A stretch of 6,253 nt of DNA from a virus (lineage: Duplodnaviria; Heunggongvirae; Uroviricota; Caudoviricetes). The notes below the pieces were generated by a model. It saw only the letters and a program-made list of their open reading frames with translations. It was not told where the DNA came from and did not search any database. The translations under genes and the position numbers were made by a program. Below are positions 1-6,253 of the stretch, piece by piece. The stretch lies in the IMG/VR virus record IMGVR_UViG_2690316278_000010. The stretch is one strand, 5' to 3'. The stretch's first letter is position 1. Every line of letters begins with the position of its first letter.

Positions 1-392
1 TGACGGACTGTTACACGCTGTTCCGGGATGCTTACCATCTGGCGGGGATTGAGATGCCGGATTTTCATCGTGAGGATGACTGGTGGCGTCACGGTCAGAA
101 TCTCTATCTGGATAATCTGGAGGCCACAGGGCTGTATCAGGTGCCGTTGTCAGCGGCGCAGCCGGGCGATGTGCTGCTGTGCTGTTTTGGTTCATCGGTG
201 CCGAATCATGCCGCCATTTACTGTGGTGACGGCGAGCTGCTGCACCATATTCCTGAACAACTGAGCAAACGAGAGAGGTATACCGACAAATGGCAGCGAC
301 GCACACACTCCCTCTGGCGTCACCGGGCATGGCACGCATCTGCCTTTACGGGGATTTGCAACGATTTGGCCGCCGCATCGACCTTCGTGTGA
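1..392 (+). CDS. K: Tail tip assembly protein K, C-terminal part (NlpC/P60-type domain); 5' end lies upstream of the window
   Basis: Frame 3 is open from the window edge to TGA at 390-392. Translation (…CYTLFRDAYHLAGIEMPDFHREDDWWRHGQNLYLDNLEATGLYQVPLSAAQPGDVLLCCFGSSVPNHAAIYCGDGELLHH…) matches lambda gpK C-terminus as I recall it, including the conserved His pair of the NlpC/P60 motif. The M at 54 in the ORF track is an internal Met, not the start. Confidence 0.9.
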   Translation, partial: TDCYTLFRDAYHLAGIEMPDFHREDDWWRHGQNLYLDNLEATGLYQVPLSAAQPGDVLLCCFGSSVPNHAAIYCGDGELLHHIPEQLSKRERYTDKWQRRTHSLWRHRAWHASAFTGICNDLAAASTFV

Positions 393-961
393 AAACGGGT
401 GCCGAAGCCATCCGGGCGATGGCCACACAGCTCCCTGCGTTTCGTCAGAAGCTGAGCGACGGCTGGTATCAGGTGCGTATTGCCGGGCAGGATGTTAGCA
501 CGTCCGGATTAACGGCGCAGTTACATGAGGCTCTGCCTGACGGCGCTGTGATTCATATTGTTCCCAGAGTCGCCGGGGCCAAGTCAGGTGGTGTATTCCA
601 GATTGTCCTGGGAGCAGCCGCCATTGCCGGATCATTCTTTACCGCCGGAGCCACCCTTGCAGCATGGGGGGCTGCCATTGGTGCCGGTGGTATGACCGGC
701 ATTCTGTTTTCTCTCGGTGCCAGTATGGTGCTCGGCGGTGTGGCTCAGATGCTGGCACCGAAAGCCAGAACTCCCCGCACACAGACAACGGATAACGGTA
801 AGCAGAACATCTATTTCTCCTCACTGGATAACATGGTTGCCCAGGGCAATGTTATGCCTGTTCTGTATGGTGAAATGCGCGTGGGGTCACGTGTGGTATC
901 TCAGGAGATCAGCACGGCAGACGAAGGGGACGGTGGTCAGGTTGTGGTGATTGGTCGCTGA
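290..961 (+). CDS. I: Tail tip assembly protein I (ubiquitin-like N-terminal domain plus Gly/Ala-rich hydrophobic segment)
   Basis: ATG at 290, TGA at 959-961, 223 aa. Purine-rich RBS-like agagagg at 272-278. Translation is nearly identical to lambda gpI as recalled (MAATHTLPLASPGMARICLYGDLQRFGRRIDLRVKTG…GGQVVVIGR). Start overlaps the 3' end of K by 103 nt in another frame, as in lambda. Confidence 0.92.
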   Translation: MAATHTLPLASPGMARICLYGDLQRFGRRIDLRVKTGAEAIRAMATQLPAFRQKLSDGWYQVRIAGQDVSTSGLTAQLHEALPDGAVIHIVPRVAGAKSGGVFQIVLGAAAIAGSFFTAGATLAAWGAAIGAGGMTGILFSLGASMVLGGVAQMLAPKARTPRTQTTDNGKQNIYFSSLDNMVAQGNVMPVLYGEMRVGSRVVSQEISTADEGDGGQVVVIGR

Positions 962-1009
962 TGCAAAATGTTTTATGTGAAATCGCCTCCGGGCGGTTTT
1001 ATCGTTTAT

Positions 1010-1013
1010 GGAG
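1010..1013 (+). promoter_or_regulatory. Ribosome-binding site (GGAG) for J
   Basis: GGAG at 1010-1013, 8 nt upstream of the J ATG at 1022-1024. Confidence 0.6.
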
Positions 1014-1021
1014 CATGACGA

Positions 1022-2101
1022 ATGGGTAAAGGCAGCAGTAAGGGGCATACCCCGCGCGAAGCGAAGGACAACCTGAAGTCCACGCAGCTGCTGAGTGTGA
1101 TCGATGCCATCAGCGAAGGGCCGGTTGAAGGTCCGGTGGATGGATTAAAAAGCGTGCTGCTGAACAGTACGCCGGTGCTGGACAGTGAGGGGAATACCAA
1201 CATCTCCGGCGTCACGGTGGTGTTCCGGGCAGGTGAGCAGGAGCAGTCACCGCCGGAGGGATTTGAATCCTCCGGCTCCGAGACGGTGCTGGGTACGGAA
1301 GTGAAATATGACACGCCGATCACCCGGACCATCACGTCGGCAAACATTGACCGACTGCGTTTTACCTTCGGTGTACAGGCACTGGTGGAAACCACCTCAA
1401 AGGGAGACAGGAATCCGTCTGAAGTTCGCCTGCTGGTTCAGATACAGCGTAACGGTGGCTGGGTGACGGAAAAAGACATCACCATTAAGGGCAAAACCAC
1501 CTCGCAGTATCTGGCCTCGGTGGTGGTGGATAACCTGCCGCCGCGCCCGTTTAATATCCGGATGCGCAGAATGACGCCGGACAGCACCACAGACCAGCTG
1601 CAGAACAAAACGCTCTGGTCGTCATACACCGAAATCATCGATGTGAAACAGTGCTACCCGAACACGGCACTGGTCGGCGTACAGGTGGATTCGGAGCAGT
1701 TCGGCAGCCAGCAGGTGAGCCGTAATTATCATCTTCGCGGGCGCATTCTGCAGGTGCCGTCGAACTATAATCCGCAGACGCGGCAATACAGCGGTATCTG
1801 GGACGGAACGTTAAAACCGGCATACAGCAACAACATGGCCTGGTGTCTGTGGGATATGCTGACCCATCCGCGCTATGGCATGGGGAAACGTCTTGGTGCG
1901 GCAGATGTGGATAAATGGGCGCTGTATGTCATCGGCCAGTACTGTGACCAGTCGGTGCCGGACGGCTTTGGCAGCACGGAGCCGCGCATCACCTGTAATG
2001 CCTGGCTGACCACACAGCGCANCGGGAGACAGCGGACAGCACCACGGACCAGCTGCAGAATAAGACGCTGTGGTCGTCATACACCGAAATCATCGATGTG
2101 A
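1022..2101 (+). CDS. J: Host specificity / central tail fibre protein J, N-terminal fragment; frame ends at a stop created by the repeat junction
   Basis: ATG at 1022. Translation MGKGSSKGHTPREAKDNLKSTQLLSVIDAISEGP… matches lambda gpJ N-terminus as recalled. J-like translation is reliable to about 2020; after the single N at 2022 this frame reads out-of-frame sequence to TGA at 2099-2101. Confidence 0.88.
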   Translation: MGKGSSKGHTPREAKDNLKSTQLLSVIDAISEGPVEGPVDGLKSVLLNSTPVLDSEGNTNISGVTVVFRAGEQEQSPPEGFESSGSETVLGTEVKYDTPITRTITSANIDRLRFTFGVQALVETTSKGDRNPSEVRLLVQIQRNGGWVTEKDITIKGKTTSQYLASVVVDNLPPRPFNIRMRRMTPDSTTDQLQNKTLWSSYTEIIDVKQCYPNTALVGVQVDSEQFGSQQVSRNYHLRGRILQVPSNYNPQTRQYSGIWDGTLKPAYSNNMAWCLWDMLTHPRYGMGKRLGAADVDKWALYVIGQYCDQSVPDGFGSTEPRITCNAWLTTQRXGRQRTAPRTSCRIRRCGRHTPKSSM

Positions 2102-2475
2102 AACAGTGCTACCCGAACACGGCCATTGTGGGGCTGCAGGTGGATGCGGAGCAGTTCGGCGGCCAGCAGATGACGGTGAACTACCATATCCGCGGTCGCA
2201 TCATCCAGGTGCCGTCAAACTATGACCCGGAAAAACGCACGTACAGTGGTATCTGGGACGGTAGCCTGAAACCGGCATACAGCAACAATCCGGCCTGGTG
2301 TCTGTGGGACATGCTGACTCACCCGCGCTACGGCATGGGAAAACGTCTGGGGGCGGCGGATGTGGACAAGTGGGCGCTGTATGCCATCGGGCAGTACTGC
2401 GACCAGACGGTCCCGGATAGTTTCGGGGAGACCGAGCCGCGGATGACCTTCAATGCGTACCTGGCACAACAGCGT
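1579..2475 (+). repeat. Divergent tandem duplication of a ~440 bp J segment (copy 1 ~1579-2020, copy 2 ~2034-2475), single N at 2022 between them
   Basis: Both copies encode the same J stretch (…DSTTDQLQNKTLWSSYTEIIDVKQCYPNTA…WCLWDMLTHPRYGMGKRLGAADVDKWALY…TTQR) with many synonymous and some replacement differences. By eye roughly 80-90% nucleotide identity, gapless; not computed. The period is about 455 bp, not a multiple of 3, so the frame shifts between copies. Confidence 0.85.
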
Positions 2476-3147
2476 AAGGCATGGGACGTGCTCAGTGATT
2501 TCTGCTCGGCGATGCGCTGTATGCCGGTATGGAACGGCCAGACGCTGACGTTTGTTCAGGACCGCCCGTCGGATGTGGTGTGGCCGTACACCAACAGCGA
2601 TGTGGTGGTGGATGATAACGGCGTGGGTTTCCGCTACAGCTTCAGTGCCCTGAAGGACCGGCACACGGCGGTGGAGGTGAATTATACCGACCCGCAGAAC
2701 GGCTGGCAGACCTCCACGGAACTGGTGGAAGACCCGGAAGCCATACTGCGCTACGGACGCAACCTGCTGAAGATGGACGCGTTCGGCTGTACCAGCCGCG
2801 GTCAGGCCCACCGTGCCGGACTGTGGGTGATAAAGACCGAACTGCTGGAAACGCAGACGGTGGATTTCACGCTCGGGTCTCAGGGGCTGCGGCACACACC
2901 CGGTGACATCATTGAAATCTGTGATAACGACTATGCCGGGACCCTGACCGGCGGACGTGTCCTGTCCATTGATGCTGCCACCCGCACTCTGACGCTGGAC
3001 CGTGAAGTGACACTTCCGGAGACCGGTGCCGCCACGGTGAACCTGATTAACGGCAGCGGTAAGCCGGTGAGTGTGGACATCACCGAACACCCCGCGCCGG
3101 ACCGGATACAGGTTAGTACCCTGCCTGATGGTGTGGAGACATACGGG
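2023..3147 (+). CDS. J: Host specificity protein J, middle fragment (different frame from the N-terminal fragment; runs open into the N gap at 3148)
   Basis: Frame 1 reads …DSTTDQLQNKTLWSSYTEIIDVKQCYPNTAIVGLQVDAEQFGGQQ…AWDVLSDFCSAMRCMPVWNGQTLTFVQDRPSD…GQAHRAGLWVIKTELLETQTVDF…, colinear with lambda gpJ. The ORF-track start at 2098 is an internal GTG (Val) codon. Confidence 0.85.
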
Positions 3148-3208
3148 NNNNNNNNNNNNNNNNNNNNNNNNNNNNNNNNNNNNNNNNNNNNNNNNNNNNN
3201 NNNNNNNN
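3148..3208. other. Assembly gap (61 N) inside J
   Basis: Run of N. J reading frame differs on the two sides (frame 1 before, frame 3 after), so the gap length is an estimate. Confidence 0.95.
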
Positions 3209-3358
3209 ACTGCGCCGTCTCCTGTTCCGCTGTGTCTCCGTCCGGGAAAACACGGACGGCACCTTTGCCATCACGGCGGTGCAGCACGTACTGGAAAAAG
3301 AAGCCATCGTGGATAACGGTGCCCGCTTTGAGCCGCAGTCAGGTTCCCTGAACAGCGT
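3209..3358 (+). CDS. J: Host specificity protein J, short fragment between two assembly gaps
   Basis: Frame 3 from 3210 reads LRRLLFRCVSVRENTDGTFAITAVQHVLEKEAIVDNGARFEPQSGSLNSV, matching the lambda gpJ segment …LFRCVSIRENDDGTYAITAVQHVPEKEAIVDNG… as recalled. Bounded by N runs on both sides. Confidence 0.8.
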
Positions 3359-3649
3359 NNNNNNNNNNNNNNNNNNNNNNNNNNNNNNNNNNNNNNNNNN
3401 NNNNNNNNNNNNNNNNNNNNNNNNNNNNNNNNNNNNNNNNNNNNNNNNNNNNNNNNNNNNNNNNNNNNNNNNNNNNNNNNNNNNNNNNNNNNNNNNNNNN
3501 NNNNNNNNNNNNNNNNNNNNNNNNNNNNNNNNNNNNNNNNNNNNNNNNNNNNNNNNNNNNNNNNNNNNNNNNNNNNNNNNNNNNNNNNNNNNNNNNNNNN
3601 NNNNNNNNNNNNNNNNNNNNNNNNNNNNNNNNNNNNNNNNNNNNNNNNN
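3359..3649. other. Assembly gap (291 N) inside J
   Basis: Run of N. J resumes in frame 1 after the gap (frame 3 before it). Confidence 0.95.
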
Positions 3650-5151
3650 ACCGGCAGNCGGATGCCAGACTGGTGACCACCGCCATCACCGCAGACACGG
3701 AGCACCGTTTCAGCGGCCTGCCGCTCGGGGAATACACCCTGACGGTGCGGGCGATAAACAGCTATGGCCAGCAGGGTGAACCTGCCACCACCACCTTCCG
3801 GATTGCCGCACCGGCAGCGCTGTCGCGGATTGAGCTGACGCCGGGCTATTTTCAGATAACCGCAACGCCGCATCTTGCCGTTTATGACCCGACGGTACAG
3901 TTTGAGTTCTGGTTCTCGGAAAAGCGGATTGCGGATATCAGGCAGGTTGAAACCAGCGCCCGCTATCTTGGCACGGCGCTGTACTGGATAGCCGCCAGTA
4001 TCAATATCAAACCGGGCCATGATTATTACTTTTATATCCGCAGTGTGAACACCGTTGGCAAATCGGCATTCGTGGAGGCTGTCGGTCGGGCGAGCGATGA
4101 TGCGGAAGGTTACTTGGATTTTTTCAAAGGAGAGATAGGGAAAACACATCTGGCTCAGGAGCTGTGGACGCAGATTGATAACGGTCAGCTTGCGCCTGAC
4201 CTGGCTGAAATCAGGACGTCCATTACGGATGTCAGCAATGAAATCACGCAGACCGTCAATAAGAAACTGGAAGACCAGAGTGCGGCAATTCAGCAGATAC
4301 AGAAGGTTCAGGTTGATACAAATAATAATCTGAACAGCATGTGGGCTGTGAAGCTGCAACAGATGAAGGACGGACGCCTTTATATTGCGGGTATCGGTGC
4401 CGGTATTGAGAATACGCCAGCAGGAATGCAGAGTCAGGTGCTGCTGGCGGCAGACAGGATTGCGATGATTAATCCTGCGAATGGCAACACAAAGCCGATG
4501 TTTGTTGGTCAGGGCGATCAGATATTCATGAACGACGTGTTCCTGAAACGCCTGACGGCCCCCACCATTACCAGCGGTGGAAATCCATCGGCATTTTCCC
4601 TGACTCCGGACGGAAAGCTGACCGCTAAAAATGCGGATATCAGTGGCAGTGTGAATGCGAACGCCGGGACGCTCAACAATGTCACAATTAATGAGAACTG
4701 TCAGATTAAGGGGAAACTGTCAGCCAACCAGATTGAAGGCGATATAGTCAAAACAGTGGGTAAGGCTTTTCCGCGGGACTCCCGGGCACCGGAGCGGTGG
4801 CCATCAGGGACCATTACCGTCAGGATTTATGACGATCAGCCTTTTGACAGGCAAATTGTTATTCCGGCGGTGGCATTCAGCGGCGCTAAACATGAGCGGG
4901 AGAATAACGATATTTATTCGTCATGCCGCCTGATAGTACGGAAAAACGGTGCTGAAATTTATAACCGTACCGCGCTGGATAATACGCTGATTTACAGTGG
5001 TGTTATTGATATGCCAGCTGGTCGCGGCCACATGACGCTGGAGTTTTCGGTGTCAGCATGGCTGGTGAATAACTGGTATCCCACAGCAAGTATCAGCGAT
5101 TTGCTGGTTGTGGTGATGAAGAAAGCCACCGCAGGCATCAGTATCAGCTGA
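3650..5151 (+). CDS. J: Host specificity protein J, C-terminal fragment (FN3-like region and receptor-binding C-terminal domain)
   Basis: Frame 1 is open from the gap edge to TGA at 5149-5151. Translation …[64 protein letters not shown]…[42 protein letters not shown]… matches lambda gpJ as recalled. The ORF-track start at 3673 is an internal GTG codon; an ambiguous N sits at 3658. Confidence 0.88.
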
Positions 5152-5168
5152 ATTTTATAACCCATATA

Positions 5169-5197
5169 CGGGCGCCAGAAATGGCGCCTTTTTTATT
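5169..5197 (+). terminator. Intrinsic (rho-independent) terminator immediately downstream of J
   Basis: Perfect 6-bp GC stem GGCGCC (5171-5176) paired with GGCGCC (5183-5188), 6-nt loop AGAAAT, followed by TTTTTTATT (5189-5197). It starts 18 nt after the J stop. Confidence 0.8.
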
Positions 5198-5207
5198 GCA
5201 GAAAAGC

Positions 5208-5213
5208 GAGAGG
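5208..5213 (+). promoter_or_regulatory. Ribosome-binding site (GAGAGG) for lom
   Basis: GAGAGG at 5208-5213, 5 nt upstream of the lom ATG at 5219. Confidence 0.6.
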
Positions 5214-5218
5214 TAATT

Positions 5219-5818
5219 ATGCGTAAAGTTTGTGCAGCCATTTTGTCCGCAGCCATCTGTCTGTCCGTATCCGGTGCGCCTGCATGGGCGTCTGAACATC
5301 AGTCCACACTGAGCGCGGGGTATCTTCATGCCCGTACGAACGCTCCCGGCAGCGATAATCTGAACGGGATTAACGTGAAATACCGTTATGAGTTTACGGA
5401 CGCGCTGGGGCTGATTACGTCCTTCAGTTATGCCAATGCTGAGGATGAGCAAAAAACGCACTACAGCGATACCCGCTGGCATGAAGATTCCGTGCGTAAC
5501 CGCTGGTTCAGCGTGATGGCGGGGCCGTCTGTACGCGTGAATGAATGGTTCAGCGCGTATGCGATGGTGGGTGTGGCTTACAGCCGTGTGTCGACTTTCT
5601 CCGGGGATTATCTCCGCGTAACTGACAACAAGGGGAAAACGCACGATGTGCTGACCGGAAGTGATGACGGTCGCCACAGCAACACGTCTCTGGCGTGGGG
5701 GGCTGGCGTGCAGTTTAACCCGACCGAATCCGTGACCATTGACCTTGCTTATGAAGGTTCCGGTAGTGGTGACTGGCGAACGGATGCATTTATTGTTGGT
5801 ATCGGATACCGTATCTGA
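5219..5818 (+). CDS. lom: Lom outer-membrane protein (Ail/Lom/OmpX/PagC-family small beta-barrel), prophage moron
   Basis: ATG at 5219, TGA at 5816-5818, 199 aa. N-terminal signal peptide with AWA-S cleavage-like site (MRKVCAAILSAAICLSVSGAPAWA/SEHQ). Family motifs shared with lambda Lom as recalled: GINVKYRYE, SVMAGP, SAYAM(V/A)GVA(Y/H)SR, IDLAYEGSGSGDWRTD(A/G)FIVG(I/V)GY. Same position as lom in lambda, between J and stf. Confidence 0.9.
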   Translation: MRKVCAAILSAAICLSVSGAPAWASEHQSTLSAGYLHARTNAPGSDNLNGINVKYRYEFTDALGLITSFSYANAEDEQKTHYSDTRWHEDSVRNRWFSVMAGPSVRVNEWFSAYAMVGVAYSRVSTFSGDYLRVTDNKGKTHDVLTGSDDGRHSNTSLAWGAGVQFNPTESVTIDLAYEGSGSGDWRTDAFIVGIGYRI

Positions 5819-5922
5819 CAACAGACGCCGATTTATCTTCTGTAAATATTGTTATGATACGCAGGTTCATCCACCTTATGGGGTGAACTGCGTTTGAGGA
5901 AACGTAAAGTTACACTGTCCTG

Positions 5923-5956
5923 AAGCCCGTGGCGTCACTGCTGCGGGCTTTTTTTA
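5923..5956 (+). terminator. Intrinsic terminator downstream of lom
   Basis: Stem AAGCCCG (5923-5929) pairs with CGGGCTT (5944-5950) around a ~14-nt loop, followed by a run of 7 T (5949-5955). Confidence 0.7.
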
Positions 5957-5969
5957 TTGGTGGAAAAGT

Positions 5970-6253
5970 ATGACAGTAAAAATTTCTGGCGTGCTTAAAG
6001 ATGGCACAGGAAAACCAGTACAGAACTGCACCATTGTGCTGAAGGCCAGACGAACCAGCAGCACGATGGTGGTGAANNNNNNNNNNNNNNNNNNNNNNNN
6101 NNNNNNNNNNNNNNNNNNNNNNNNNNNNNNNNNNNGGATGAAGCCGGACGTTACAGCATGGATGTTGAGCATGGTCAGTACAGCGTCACCCTGCTGGTTG
6201 AAGGTTTTCCGCCTTCACATGCCGGGACCATTACCGTCTATGAAGGTTCCAGA
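5970..6253 (+). CDS. stf: Side tail fibre protein Stf, N-terminal part (3'-truncated by window edge; interrupted by a 59-N gap)
   Basis: ATG at 5970. Translation MTVKISGVLKDGTGKPVQNCTIVLKARRTSSTMVV… then, after the gap, …DEAGRYSMDVEHGQYSVTLLVEGFPPSHAGTITVYEGSR, matching the lambda Stf (orf-401) N-terminus as recalled (MAVKISGVLKDGTGKPVQNCTIQLKARR…DEAGRYSMDVEYGQYSV…GFPPSHAGTITVYE…). Frame differs across the gap, so gap size is an estimate. Confidence 0.85.
   Translation, partial: MTVKISGVLKDGTGKPVQNCTIVLKARRTSSTMVVXXXXXXXXXXXXXXXXXXXXXMKPDVTAWMLSMVSTASPCWLKVFRLHMPGPLPSMKVP
6077..6135. other. Assembly gap (59 N) inside stf
   Basis: Run of N. Confidence 0.95.

Noticed and set aside
28-264. Alternative-frame + strand ORFs inside K and I (28-264, 717-950) and minus-strand ORFs 192-428, 639-824
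   Set aside because: Overlap the authentic K and I frames, which give near-exact lambda-like proteins; the alternative frames give low-complexity translations.
1006-1395. Minus-strand ORFs antisense to the J 5' region (1006-1395, 1438-1638, 1635-1823, 1811-2080)
   Set aside because: Antisense to strongly supported J coding sequence; short, with no recognisable products.
2215-3090. 291-aa minus-strand ORF antisense to J
   Set aside because: Lies entirely within the well-supported + strand J coding sequence. Long antisense ORFs are expected in GC-rich coding DNA, and the product is Arg/His/Pro-rich low-complexity with no recognisable family.
2098-3351. ORF-track start codons at 2098 and 3673 as genuine gene starts
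   Set aside because: Both are internal GTG (Val) codons within J; the J-homologous translation continues upstream of each in the same frame, back to the repeat junction and the gap edge respectively.
3271-4359. 362-aa minus-strand ORF and other track ORFs running through N runs (3279-3779 +, 3339-3737 -, 2931-3287 -, 3071-3316 +, 3113-3307 -)
   Set aside because: They exist only because N runs contain no stop codons; the X-stretches are assembly gaps, not sequence.
5144-5821. 225-aa minus-strand ORF antisense to lom
   Set aside because: Exactly mirrors the lom CDS, whose + strand product has a signal peptide and clear Lom-family motifs; no RBS context or recognisable product on the minus strand.
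5954-6172. 72-aa minus-strand ORF across the stf start and the N gap
   Set aside because: Spans an N run and is antisense to the clear Stf N-terminus.
1-6253. CRISPR arrays, tRNA/rRNA genes, integrase or att sites, toxin-antitoxin or defence systems
   Set aside because: Looked for direct repeats with spacers, cloverleaf-capable segments and extra ORFs in the short intergenic regions; none found. The intergenic spaces (962-1021, 5152-5218, 5819-5969) are fully accounted for by RBSs and terminators.

Overview
This window is the distal tail-tip end of a lambda-like (lambdoid siphovirus) prophage late operon, all on the + strand and in the same order as phage lambda: 3' end of K (1-392), I (290-961), the large host-specificity gene J (1022-5151), the moron outer-membrane protein gene lom (5219-5818) between two intrinsic terminators, and the 5' end of the side tail fibre gene stf (5970 to window end). 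Identifications rest on recognising the translated proteins as close relatives of lambda gpK, gpI, gpJ, Lom and Stf from memory; no database search was run. I do not see a previously undescribed system here. The window is scaffolded draft sequence: N runs at 3148-3208, 3359-3649 and 6077-6135, and single Ns at 2022 and 3658. As assembled, J is not one intact reading frame. The most notable observations are (1) two divergent tandem copies of a ~440 bp J segment (1579-2020 and 2034-2475) separated by a single N with a frame change, which looks like an unmerged contig overlap between two J alleles rather than biology; (2) a mosaic, diverged J C-terminal receptor-binding region; and (3) the terminator-insulated lom moron. 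Minus-strand ORFs in the track are antisense artefacts of GC-rich coding sequence.
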